From the NCBI GenBank assembly GCA_937132085.1, contig CAKZNV010000163.1, positions 7,441 to 71,440 on the forward strand: a stretch of 64,000 bases of DNA. Reading direction: 5' to 3'. This document shows positions 1-9,510 of this stretch, piece by piece. The position numbers and the translations under genes are program-made. The stretch comes from an uncultured Rubritalea sp. (GTDB lineage Bacteria > Verrucomicrobiota > Verrucomicrobiia > Verrucomicrobiales > Akkermansiaceae). Position 1 is the first letter of the stretch. Every line of letters starts with the position of its first letter. The notes beneath the pieces were generated by a model, which worked only from the letters and a program-made list of their open reading frames with translations, was not told where the DNA came from and searched no databases.

Positions 1-1
1 T

Positions 2-1309
2 AACACCATTTCAACAGCTGAACTAGCATTCACACTCATGCTCTCAACAGCAAGAAACATTTCTCACGGCCACGCTGGAGTCATCGCTGGTGACTTCCCT
101 GCTGCTCGTAAAGCATTCAAAGGTATCGAACTCAACGAAAAGAGACTCGCTGTCATCGGCATGGGCCGCATCGGCTCAGAGTTTGCCAAGCGTGCTCAAG
201 CATTCAACATGGATGTAGTCGCTTACGACCCTTACCTCACTCCAGCTCGTGCTGAGCAACTAAAGGTAGAACTTGCTGAAACTCCTGATGAAGCCCTTAA
301 AGGCGCAGATGTAGTTACTCTTCACGTTCCATTGATCGATCAAACTAAACACATTCTCAATGAAGAGCGTCTCGCTCTCATGAACAAAGGCGCTATCGTA
401 GTAAACTGCGCTCGTGGTGGACTCATCGACGAAGTAGCTCTTAAGGCTGCGATCGATTCAGGTCACATAGCAGGTTGCGGACTCGATGTATTCGAGGAAG
501 AGCCTCCATCAGCGGATCACCCACTCTTCACACTAGGCAAGCACACAGCATTCACCCCTCACCTCGGAGCATCTACTAATGAAGCTCAAGAGAACGTAGG
601 AATCCAAGTTGCTGAACAAGTGCGTGACTTCCTCACTACTGGTGAGATCCGCAATGCGATCAACATGCCATCACTCGATGCTGCTGCTCTCGCAGAAGTA
701 GGCCACTATCTCGATCTTGCGACTTCACTCGGCAAGTTCCTAGCTAAGCTCGGACCTGTTAATCCAGATTCACTCCGCGTTTCCTACCACGGCGACATTG
801 CTCAGAAGGACACAGCTCTCATTTCACGCACCGCACTAACAGGTTACCTTGAAGCCGCTCGTGCAGACGGTCAGGTAAATATAGTCAATGCGACTGCGAT
901 AGCTAAGGACATGGGACTCAATCTCACTGAAACTACTATCCACGCAGCTACTGAGTTCTCAGAACTCATGGTAGTAGAGCTTAACAAAGATGGTAAGAAA
1001 TTCCGCGTTGCTGGAACGATCATCGGTAAGTCAGCTCGCATCGTAGAGATCGACAAACTATTCGTAGACATCAATATCAAAGGCATCTTCCTCGTTGTGC
1101 GCAACGACGACTCCCCAGGTATCGTAGGACACGTAGGAACAGTCCTCGGAACAAACAGCTTGAACATCGCTAACCTCTCACTTGCTCGTAACAAATCAGA
1201 AGGTAATGCACTCAATGTGATCGAACTCGATTCCACTCCAACAGCAGATGTGCTCACAGAGCTAGCGAGTCACAAAGGCATCATTTCAGTGACAACAGTA
1301 GAAGTTTAA
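2..1309 (+). CDS. serA: D-3-phosphoglycerate dehydrogenase, 5' truncated by the window edge
   Basis: Frame is open from base 2. Rossmann GMGRIG, VTLHVPL, NCARGGLIDE, LDVFEEEP and TPHLGAST motifs, plus a C-terminal ACT-like DSPGIVG region. Confidence 0.93.
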   Translation, partial: NTISTAELAFTLMLSTARNISHGHAGVIAGDFPAARKAFKGIELNEKRLAVIGMGRIGSEFAKRAQAFNMDVVAYDPYLTPARAEQLKVELAETPDEALKGADVVTLHVPLIDQTKHILNEERLALMNKGAIVVNCARGGLIDEVALKAAIDSGHIAGCGLDVFEEEPPSADHPLFTLGKHTAFTPHLGASTNEAQENVGIQVAEQVRDFLTTGEIRNAINMPSLDAAALAEVGHYLDLATSLGKFLAKLGPVNPDSLRVSYHGDIAQKDTALISRTALTGYLEAARADGQVNIVNATAIAKDMGLNLTETTIHAATEFSELMVVELNKDGKKFRVAGTIIGKSARIVEIDKLFVDINIKGIFLVVRNDDSPGIVGHVGTVLGTNSLNIANLSLARNKSEGNALNVIELDSTPTADVLTELASHKGIISVTTVEV

Positions 1310-1399
1310 AATATCTACAGAAAAAGATTGCAAGATCGTCACGTGGATACTAGTTTTTCGCCGACGTGAGAGCCAATCTTTTGGAGATCACAGACAAGT

Positions 1400-1475
1400 G
1401 CATGATTAGCTCAGTTGGTAGAGCAATACCTTGACATGGTAGAGGTCACTGGTTCAAATCCAGTATCGTGCACCA
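1400..1475 (+). tRNA. tRNA-Val(GAC)
   Basis: Acceptor stem GCATGAT/ATCGTGC, D arm GCTC-AGTTGGTA-GAGC, anticodon loop TT-GAC-AT, T loop GGTTCAAATCC, encoded CCA; 76 nt. Confidence 0.97.
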
Positions 1476-1476
1476 T
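1427..1476 (+). repeat. attL core (3' part of tRNA-Val)
   Basis: TACCTTGACATGGTAGAGGTCACTGGTTCAAATCCAGTATCGTGCACCAT, identical to 56345-56394. Confidence 0.95.
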
Positions 1477-1483
1477 TATTTTT

Positions 1484-1516
1484 AAAGGACTTACGAGAAA
1501 TCGTAAGTCCTTTTTT
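1484..1516 (+). terminator. Intrinsic terminator after tRNA-Val
   Basis: AAAGGACTTACGA-GAAA-TCGTAAGTCCTTT followed by a T run. Confidence 0.85.
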
Positions 1517-1536
1517 CTTACTAGAAGACTTGAAAT

Positions 1537-1566
1537 TCGCCACTAAATCGCCACTATTCGCCACTA
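1537..1566 (+). repeat. Three TCGCCACTA direct repeats, putative integrase arm-type sites (attL)
   Basis: Copies at 1537, 1548 and 1558; the same motif recurs next to attR. Confidence 0.75.
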
Positions 1567-1607
1567 TTATTCTCGTCAAAGCACCAGTTTTTTGACATAT
1601 TTCCCCC

Positions 1608-2885
1608 ATGGGAAGAAAGGCAACATTAGAAGCAAGCTATGATTCGAGTAAAAAACTATGGTGTATTTCTATCCCAGCACGCTTTTCTAGCACGGCTAAA
1701 AGGCAACGAGAATATTTCAAAACCAAGAAAAAAGCTGATTCAAGAACCAAAGCCTTGAAAACGATGGAAAAGGAGTGCGAGGGTATGTCGCGCCATGTCA
1801 GCACTAATCTTATAGAAGATGCTGTATACTGTGATCAAATGGCTCAAATTTATGGATTCTCTGGCTTGAAAGAAGCTTTTCAAACATGGGCTCAGAATGC
1901 TGACACGGAGAAAGCCACACCTACACTTAATGAGCTAATCCAAGCTTACGAAAGCGCCAACAGCAGCAATTGGTCCGAACGATACATTTCCTGTAGATGG
2001 AAAACATTTACTAATCATGTTGAGGACTTGCTTGAGACTCAAATATCTGATCTAGATTTTGAGTTCTGGCAAAGCTGGCTAAACAAATGGAGAGTCTATA
2101 AAGTGGGTATTCCCAAAAAACGGAAAAACTTTCCTGACATCAAGAGTTCAGAAACTCAAAATAATTTTGTATCCACTCTCCGAGCCGTGTTTTCCCAACC
2201 TCTTGCACGAAGAACCTATCCAGAAAACCCGATCTTAGACATAAAGCCTGTTTACAACCTTTCTGATCAAGAAATCTGCGTATTCTCACCAAAAGAGGCC
2301 CAAGTTCTTTTAGATACAGCATGGAAACATGATAAAGAAATGATCCCATTTATAGCTACTGGCATTTTCTGCGGAGCTAGACCCGAATCAGAACTTTCTA
2401 TTTTGACATGGGAAGACTTCAATTGGGAAGAAGACTGGATACTAGTCAAATCACCCAAAACACGTAGAAAAGGCATTAACAAACGCTACGTTCCCCTCTC
2501 AAACAATCTAAAGCTCTGGTTAACACCTTGGAAAAAGGCCTCTGGCTTGATCAGAGTCGAATCAAATCATCGCCGAAGACTAGAATCAATTAGAGCCAAG
2601 GCAGGATTAATATTGGCAAAACCAACTAAAGAAAAGCAAAAGCTCGATAACCGCTCTTTAATGAAACTCTTCCCTTGGGGAGCAGACATCATGCGCCATA
2701 CCTATGGGTCATACTTAGAAGCTGAGTGCAGACATACTAAAAATGGCAAAAGCACCGTCATGGCTAATATGGGGCACTCAAACCTAAAAACCTTTGAGCA
2801 ATACTACCTCAATAGCCGAACTCCAAAACAAGCAGCAGAATTCTGGAATATTACACCACCATCCACCCAAAAACATCAACAATAA
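1608..2885 (+). CDS. Tyrosine integrase (Int1) of the ICE
   Basis: GARPESEL, IMRHTYGSY, MGH and distal Tyr motifs; immediately downstream of attL. Confidence 0.9.
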   Translation: MGRKATLEASYDSSKKLWCISIPARFSSTAKRQREYFKTKKKADSRTKALKTMEKECEGMSRHVSTNLIEDAVYCDQMAQIYGFSGLKEAFQTWAQNADTEKATPTLNELIQAYESANSSNWSERYISCRWKTFTNHVEDLLETQISDLDFEFWQSWLNKWRVYKVGIPKKRKNFPDIKSSETQNNFVSTLRAVFSQPLARRTYPENPILDIKPVYNLSDQEICVFSPKEAQVLLDTAWKHDKEMIPFIATGIFCGARPESELSILTWEDFNWEEDWILVKSPKTRRKGINKRYVPLSNNLKLWLTPWKKASGLIRVESNHRRRLESIRAKAGLILAKPTKEKQKLDNRSLMKLFPWGADIMRHTYGSYLEAECRHTKNGKSTVMANMGHSNLKTFEQYYLNSRTPKQAAEFWNITPPSTQKHQQ

Positions 2886-2915
2886 AATTCTCACTCCAAC
2901 AGGCAGGACAATACT

Positions 2916-4556
2916 ATGAATAGAAAACAAAAAGCGAAGAGATTCAAAAAGGAAGATAATATTTATAGGCCTATGACTCCTCATGAATCTCGACTGGCAT
3001 CTTATACTTGTCCTTCTGTCCCTCCTGAAGATTCGCTAGAAGGCTTCATTCTCAAACGAAAAATGGAGAAAGACATTGGATTCAAAATATTAATGAGAAA
3101 AATTGAAGCAGACATAAATTTCATTAGAATAGAAGCGGCATTGGGAGGTTCAGGACTATATATGTCCAAGCTTCTGAGAGGATATATTCATGAGTTCTAT
3201 CACCGCTTCAATACATGTGGACCGAAAGGCTTCCCCCTTTCCTTCAACATATTGGAAGCATTTTTCAACTTCGAGCATCTTCCGGCTCCATTCAAACTCC
3301 ATAGAGAGTATGAACATCTGTTGAAGTTAGAAGATTTTCTTATTTGGGGACAAAAAAAAGGGTTCTCAAATCCTCTCCTTGAAATTTCATCGCTCTTAAA
3401 AGAAGGTGAAATTTACTCATTCAACTTTCTACCGAACTCACACACTTTCAACCAGAGGAATGAAACTGACTTTGTTATTGCTGGAATTTCGATCGTTAGG
3501 CACGAACATGAACTATCTTGCGTTCTTCTGACTGGCGAAAGCCCCCCTTCTCTTCAGCCTAATTGCGATACCGATATGGCTACATACGAAGGCATGCCTG
3601 CTGAAAAGGAAAATCTGAAAATTGACCCCACACTAACTGAAGAAGATAGTTTACTTGAAGGCTATCCAGATCATGGCAGGGTTATACTCCTTAGTCGTAT
3701 TAATCTTGCGTCAAGCACGCACGACGTGCGATATATACTTCGAGATCTAGGTAATAGCTATTCTGTATCCACAGATGATCCTTCTGGTCTTGAAGACTTA
3801 AATGCTGACGATAGAGAAAGCTTACTCACGAATTCTCAATCTGTTATTGAAAATTACTCCGAGCTTTTCTCCTTGTTTCTCACACTCATTCAAATACCAA
3901 TTTATCTACATGATAGACAATCCGACGTTACCTCTTTCGATGTGTTTACTGAATATGGCAGTGAGAAAACTATGCCATCTTTACGTAAGCAACTCAAAGA
4001 CTGGCAAAAAGAGATTGATAAAACAAAATCTATCAACGGTCTTACAATTTGGGAAGATGATGACCCATACACTTTAGAAGTCAGCCCTCCTGATATTATT
4101 TTTGAAACAACTGGATACTGGAAACCTCTCTCTAACAATCAATTCGGTGTTGATGCACATGGAAACACTATTGCAGGGAAAACGTGGGTTAGCAGAAAGG
4201 ACAGTTGGGAAACTCCTCCTCCCGAAAGCTTTTTTATTCGTAAGCGCACTCCAATTACCGAAGGAGACAACCCAGGACATATCTACATTATGCGTAGCCC
4301 TTCTCATGAACCAGACATTTACAAAATAGGCCTAACTACAAATGAACCAAAAGACCGTGCTAAGCAGCTCAACAAGACCGCTACACCACTCCCCTTTGAG
4401 GTAATTGCTTCATGGCAAGTTGGAGACTGTAAATCAGCCGAAGCAGAGATACATCGCCTTTTAGAGGCTCGAAGGATCAACCCACGTAGAGAATTTTTCC
4501 ACGCTCCTCTTCAGGAAATAATTCAGATAGTGTCTAGTGTTTGTAATCTCGCTTAG
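2916..4556 (+). CDS. Large protein with C-terminal GIY-YIG (T5orf172-type) domain
   Basis: C-terminal GHIYIM...IYKIGLT...RAKQL...AEAEIH...REFF pattern; the N-terminal ~450 aa are unassigned. Confidence 0.7.
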   Translation: MNRKQKAKRFKKEDNIYRPMTPHESRLASYTCPSVPPEDSLEGFILKRKMEKDIGFKILMRKIEADINFIRIEAALGGSGLYMSKLLRGYIHEFYHRFNTCGPKGFPLSFNILEAFFNFEHLPAPFKLHREYEHLLKLEDFLIWGQKKGFSNPLLEISSLLKEGEIYSFNFLPNSHTFNQRNETDFVIAGISIVRHEHELSCVLLTGESPPSLQPNCDTDMATYEGMPAEKENLKIDPTLTEEDSLLEGYPDHGRVILLSRINLASSTHDVRYILRDLGNSYSVSTDDPSGLEDLNADDRESLLTNSQSVIENYSELFSLFLTLIQIPIYLHDRQSDVTSFDVFTEYGSEKTMPSLRKQLKDWQKEIDKTKSINGLTIWEDDDPYTLEVSPPDIIFETTGYWKPLSNNQFGVDAHGNTIAGKTWVSRKDSWETPPPESFFIRKRTPITEGDNPGHIYIMRSPSHEPDIYKIGLTTNEPKDRAKQLNKTATPLPFEVIASWQVGDCKSAEAEIHRLLEARRINPRREFFHAPLQEIIQIVSSVCNLA

Positions 4557-4577
4557 CTAGAAACCATTAATATGAAT

Positions 4578-4877
4578 TTAAATACGTTCCATCCTCTCCA
4601 GCACCTCTAGTAGATTAATCTTACGAATAACATACTTTTTGCCCAGTTTGAAGACTTTCCCATCCACCTCCTTAAGTTTCTTCTTCATCGTATCTATAGA
4701 AACTCCAGTTTGTGAGCTAAGATCATCTAGAAACACCAAATCTACTAAATCATCTAAGGGCTTCTCTTGAATTATCTGATGCTCTACTTGTATGCGTAAC
4801 TGATCTAAATCACTCACCAATGTTGCTATTTTCTCCAGAGGTGGAAGCTTCTCAGTTTTCTCTTTCGTCGTAACCAT
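4578..4877 (-). CDS. Small HTH DNA-binding protein, putative excisionase/RDF
   Basis: 99 aa; LDDLSSQTGVSIDTMKKK resembles an HTH; converges on the integrase operon. Confidence 0.5.
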   Translation of the reverse strand: MVTTKEKTEKLPPLEKIATLVSDLDQLRIQVEHQIIQEKPLDDLVDLVFLDDLSSQTGVSIDTMKKKLKEVDGKVFKLGKKYVIRKINLLEVLERMERI

Positions 4878-4942
4878 CTACTCATTATACGAATCTAAAC
4901 AGAGATATCTCCAAATTTAGTAGTCACTCAGTTCGGTATAAT

Positions 4943-7900
4943 TTATGATCTAGAGTCTACACTTTCTATAGCCGCACTAACACGAGTAAGCGTGTTTTCC
5001 CACGTTTCCATAGCGTCCGTGTCCGCTAGAACTACTTTTATTACGTCGAATTTCTGGTGCAACTGCCTCCGCGACATCTTTTCATTGGCTATAATTTGCC
5101 TCAGTGCCATGATTTCAATTTTATTAAATCCTTGGCGAATGCATTGGCTCAAATGAACAACTATAGGAGGTAGCGGTTTCTCCTCCCCCTCTCCCGAAAC
5201 ATCTCTGTGCAAGAGAGCTGGGACTCCGTAAATATATGATAATGTAGGAACAAGCCTAAGAGCGAAGCGACGAGCTTTCACACAGGTCTTCAGCTTCGAT
5301 GGATTTGTATTGAAAGCCTTCTCAATCTCACTGAATGGCTGCCCTCTCATCCATAGCTCAGACGCCAGCCTGAGCGAAGGAATGATAATCGAAGTTTTCT
5401 CTTCAGCTCCCTCTGCATCTTTATAGGGTTTTCCAAAAAGTTCCTCCAAGGCCTGAGATCTAAAAATAAATCGTATCATTTCTGGATTTTTTGCCATCCA
5501 GTCAAAAAACCAATTATTCCAATCTTCCAAAGTGGCTAATTCTAGCAAATCCTCAGGAAGAGCCTCTGCAAGCCTCTTAACTAACTCCAAAGGTAACCCT
5601 AGCTTGGTAACAACGAACATTAAGTTAGCTGGAGTTGACTCATCCTCTTCTAAAGCTTCATGTCTCCCCAGTGCTGCAGTAATTCTTTGATCTATCCAAT
5701 CTTCTTTGTTTGCTTTACGAGCTCGAAATCCTGAAAATGACCTTGTAACATTAGAAGCCAAGGCGGATAAACTTTCTTCACTTTCACGTTCAGGCGAAGC
5801 CAAACGACGCAACACATATTCATCGAGATCTGAAATCGGATCAGACGAGTGCGCCCTATCAAGGACGGCCGTGAGTGGATCGTCTATAGTTAAGCACTGA
5901 TCCGACTGGCCAAATATCTCTTTCAAGCTACTCCAGTGACCTCCGATTGATCCAGATTTAACATTAAAAGGGATTACCTTCCCTGGAATAACTAAAACAA
6001 TTCCTGCTGCATTTTCACCCGCACGACCAGCTCGACCAGCAGCATTTAGTAACTCCCTTGCTTGTAGTAACTGACGTTTTTTTGTTTCTTGATTAAATTG
6101 ACTATCTTCTGCAATAATAACTAACTCACTCGGAAGGTTCATCCCTTGAGCTAAAGTAGACGTTGCCATGAGAATTTTTATTCCATCTGGTCTCTTATAC
6201 AACGATTCACACAGTTGCCTCTCTTCTGGAAGTAATAAACCGTGATGCACAGCGGCCGCATCTTGCAACACTCCACCTATTACATTTAAATAAAGATGCT
6301 CAGAAGATCCTAACTCTACTTCCGCTATCTTAAGCAGCTCTAACTCTTCAGAAGAGAGTGGAATCTGCGGGCTACCAAGAGAACTAGTCACCTTATTAAC
6401 TGCACTATTTGCATTTGTTATTGTAGCAAAAAACACCAAACTTTTAAGCCCGCTTTTTGAAGCCGCTACTGTCAGTGATGCAGAAACTTCTCCTGCGTTA
6501 GGAGTAAGTCGCCATTGTTTATTAGCTGCTAAGTTTACTTCTTCACCTAATAATAGGCTCAATCTATAATCTATAATATTAGTAGTTGCCCAAGTCTGCT
6601 TTAGGCTGAACATTCCATATGGAGTCATGTTCAACTGGCGCTTATCAGCACTAGAAGGTGCTTTAGTAGCTCGAATTAGCTTTGCCTCATAGAGCCCTTG
6701 ATTCAAAACATCGACCTGCTCTTCAGTGTAAACGAGTGTGCCTCGTAATTGGCGAGTAGGCTTCCATGATAAATCCAAACTAAGACACTTCCTAGAAGTT
6801 AATTCAGTTAACCATTCTGCAATCTCATCGGTGTTTTTCATCATGGCCGAGAGCAAAAGAAAATCTAAATCTGGCAACAAATTTGAAAGATTAAGAAGGC
6901 ACAGCATTGAGTCTACCGCTCTTTTATCCTCCGTGTTGTCACTGGGATGCAGTAAATGACATTCATCAAAAACAAGAAGCCCTACCTCCTCAAACACTTC
7001 CGGATCAATTCCAATCATCGTCAGACATGCTTCGGGAGTCATAACCATAATTTCAGGTAAATCCTGAAAACCAGAAAGCATACCCAACTCATCAACTCTC
7101 TCACCTTGCACCTTTGACGTAGGAAACGATTTGCGCAGAGACCTCGTTGTTTGGTCAACTAGAGCATGAGTCGGGGCAAGAAAGACGACTTTCCTCTCTA
7201 GCAATAGAACAGAGCTGATTTTGAGTTCTGATAAAGTAGACTTTCCAGCACCAGTAGGAAAGCCGATTACTGATGAAGTGCCAGTCTCAAGATACCCCTT
7301 AGCAATGGCATGAGTATGATTTTTCCATAAATAAGGCCGCTGTTCTGCAATTAATTCAAGACGGTTATTCCAGCCCGCAGCATCAGTATTTAAAGGAGGA
7401 GGAATCTTAGTAACAGCTTGCTTAGGAAGATACTCGGCAACTAAAATTAAAAGTGATGCGAGGTGATAAGGTCCAGAAAAGCAAACAGCAGCTTCATTTG
7501 ATTCAGAAATCAGCGGGTAACTATCGCCTACCGAAAGTTTTTTCACCTTCTTAAAAAGAATAGTCGGCTCATTATCAAGAAGTATATTATCTATTGAGAG
7601 TAAATTTCTTGCTAGAATATAAACACCTTCAGATAGTTGACGATAAAGAGCGTGAGTTGCAGTCTCGGACAAAAAAGTAGATTCTACTCCACTAACACCT
7701 GGAATCCCCCTATCTCTAATATCAGTGAGCCGTCCCATTGCTAAGTCCTGTAAACTTAACATCAACGAGCATAGAATTGGATTTTCATCTGAGTAATCCA
7801 TTGCTTTTGCCATTTCCCTAGCGTCAGCTGGTGCTTCGGAAATTAAAAAAAGTAGCATCGCTGCCACATCGCTTGAAATTCCCTGCATCCCTAAAGAAGT

Positions 7901-8221
7901 CGGCTCTTCATCATCTCCACTACTTCGACTTATATTCGCAAGTAATTGACATGAAGACGCTGCTACAAAAGCAGCAGAAGAACGATGTTCCAGCTCCTCA
8001 ACAGAAACAACTAAGGCTTCATTAGTGGATGATAATCTACGTAGTATGGAGATGACCTTTTGAATTTCCTCTTCATCAACGAGCGAGCCTTCTCTCAACT
8101 GCAGTCTCAACCCTGCTACCTGAGTATAAACATCAGAAAAGAACTCTGGTAGTCTGGCTCTATCTAGTCCCTCCAACTCGGGAGTTTGCCGAATCAAGTC
8201 AGCTGTATATGAATCATACAT
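4943..8221 (-). CDS. Ski2-like DExH helicase, Hachiman HamB-like
   Basis: PTGAGKS, DECH, LSAM, HHG, STLAQGMNLP and AGRAGRAG motifs; overlaps the upstream nuclease-like gene by 8 bp. Confidence 0.75.
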   Translation of the reverse strand: MYDSYTADLIRQTPELEGLDRARLPEFFSDVYTQVAGLRLQLREGSLVDEEEIQKVISILRRLSSTNEALVVSVEELEHRSSAAFVAASSCQLLANISRSSGDDEEPTSLGMQGISSDVAAMLLFLISEAPADAREMAKAMDYSDENPILCSLMLSLQDLAMGRLTDIRDRGIPGVSGVESTFLSETATHALYRQLSEGVYILARNLLSIDNILLDNEPTILFKKVKKLSVGDSYPLISESNEAAVCFSGPYHLASLLILVAEYLPKQAVTKIPPPLNTDAAGWNNRLELIAEQRPYLWKNHTHAIAKGYLETGTSSVIGFPTGAGKSTLSELKISSVLLLERKVVFLAPTHALVDQTTRSLRKSFPTSKVQGERVDELGMLSGFQDLPEIMVMTPEACLTMIGIDPEVFEEVGLLVFDECHLLHPSDNTEDKRAVDSMLCLLNLSNLLPDLDFLLLSAMMKNTDEIAEWLTELTSRKCLSLDLSWKPTRQLRGTLVYTEEQVDVLNQGLYEAKLIRATKAPSSADKRQLNMTPYGMFSLKQTWATTNIIDYRLSLLLGEEVNLAANKQWRLTPNAGEVSASLTVAASKSGLKSLVFFATITNANSAVNKVTSSLGSPQIPLSSEELELLKIAEVELGSSEHLYLNVIGGVLQDAAAVHHGLLLPEERQLCESLYKRPDGIKILMATSTLAQGMNLPSELVIIAEDSQFNQETKKRQLLQARELLNAAGRAGRAGENAAGIVLVIPGKVIPFNVKSGSIGGHWSSLKEIFGQSDQCLTIDDPLTAVLDRAHSSDPISDLDEYVLRRLASPERESEESLSALASNVTRSFSGFRARKANKEDWIDQRITAALGRHEALEEDESTPANLMFVVTKLGLPLELVKRLAEALPEDLLELATLEDWNNWFFDWMAKNPEMIRFIFRSQALEELFGKPYKDAEGAEEKTSIIIPSLRLASELWMRGQPFSEIEKAFNTNPSKLKTCVKARRFALRLVPTLSYIYGVPALLHRDVSGEGEEKPLPPIVVHLSQCIRQGFNKIEIMALRQIIANEKMSRRQLHQKFDVIKVVLADTDAMETWENTLTRVSAAIESVDSRS

Positions 8222-9008
8222 TAGCTGAGTCCGTTAATTTTTCAGCATGAGTAATAGCTTTTACAGCCACTTCACTAAACCAACTCCTTAAGTCATCTCG
8301 ACAAAGTAATTCTGCTAACCTGTCAGACTCCGTCCCATTCTTAGGGAATGCTTCTAACCCCTTAAATAATTTAGCTCTAGATGTAGGAGCAATATGATCT
8401 TCATCAGTTGCAACTGCAACACGATAGCGGCGAACCTTCTCCCAAAAAATCTTACTGACTGTTAAACGTGCATCAATTGAAGTGTTCAAAGCAAGAATAG
8501 TCATAGTCTCAGAAATCAGTTCGTTATCCCTTTCCCCTCTATCAAATGTTCCGAGTTCAGGCCAAACTTTATCTGTAAGCATGCTTCTTGGATTCTCTGT
8601 AGCCTTGTCCTCTCCTATGAGAACAAAATCAGCTTCTTGACCCGACTCTGATAGCCCTATTTGAAGTGAGTCAAATCCTTTATGAGCATGAATCATCTGG
8701 GGGGGAGACTTTAATAATTCAGGATGCGTAATGTGAGAAGCTATCCATGAGATCGTCTGAAATAACCACCCGTCTCTGTGATAGGGCGATGAAGGATTTT
8801 TAACTGTCAAAAGTTTACGAGCCCCCTGCAAGGCAGAAAACTGAGGGGCAATCGATTCGCACCCTGTGTTTTGTAAGATCTCTTGAACATGATGAGCTTG
8901 TCCAAGTGCCACACGCGCCACCATTTCAGCAAGAAGATCATCATTTTCAACCGACCAACATGATCCACTCCACTTAAAGGGGTTCGAGGCTGGAGTAAAT
9001 GTAAACAT
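8214..9008 (-). CDS. PD-(D/E)xK-like protein, Hachiman HamA-like
   Basis: KGFD...IGEDK motif; directly upstream of and coupled to a Ski2-like helicase. Confidence 0.55.
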   Translation of the reverse strand: MFTFTPASNPFKWSGSCWSVENDDLLAEMVARVALGQAHHVQEILQNTGCESIAPQFSALQGARKLLTVKNPSSPYHRDGWLFQTISWIASHITHPELLKSPPQMIHAHKGFDSLQIGLSESGQEADFVLIGEDKATENPRSMLTDKVWPELGTFDRGERDNELISETMTILALNTSIDARLTVSKIFWEKVRRYRVAVATDEDHIAPTSRAKLFKGLEAFPKNGTESDRLAELLCRDDLRSWFSEVAVKAITHAEKLTDSANV

Positions 9009-9195
9009 GGAATAATTATATAAGTAATATTCAAAGCTAACCAGCAGAAAATTTAAATGAATTAAGGCTTATCTATTCGTCTTAATACAACAACAGCATA
9101 GTTGAAGCTTTCCGACGTATCATATCAATATAAGCTTATTCGTCACACATACGATGAACAACAATAGTGACTTCTTTACCACAGTTCCTCACCAG

Positions 9196-9449
9196 TGGTA
9201 ACACTGATGGTAACAAGCCTTTAACTCCTTGAATAAAACAATAAAAAACAAGTGCTTACACCCCGCAATCGAATCCTGCCATCCCAGCCATTAACAAATA
9301 TTAATACCTTTCCCGCAACGTCTCACAAAGCCCCTGTCAGCCTCAGTTTTGGAAGGCAGATAGCCCGCTAAATTGGCTCAAATAGTCCCATTAGGATTCG
9401 AACCTGACCATATAATCTCACCAATCTCATGGTAATAAAAAGGGTAACG
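9196..9449 (+). other. Putative intact attP for Int2: tRNA-Gln 3' core flanked by paired arm-type repeats
   Basis: TGGTAACA at 9196 and 9208; core TCGAATCCTGCCATCCCAGCCA at 9269-9290; TGGTAATA at 9430 and GGGTAACG at 9442. Both pairs have a 12-bp period. Confidence 0.65.
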
Positions 9450-9510
9450 GATTCAACTATTTTACCCTGCGTGACTTCCCTATGTTTAACGACCAAGGTA
9501 AGATCATGAA

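Noticed and set aside
9269-9290. A complete tRNA-Gln gene
   Set aside because: Only the 3' 22 nt are tRNA-like; no D or anticodon arm upstream.
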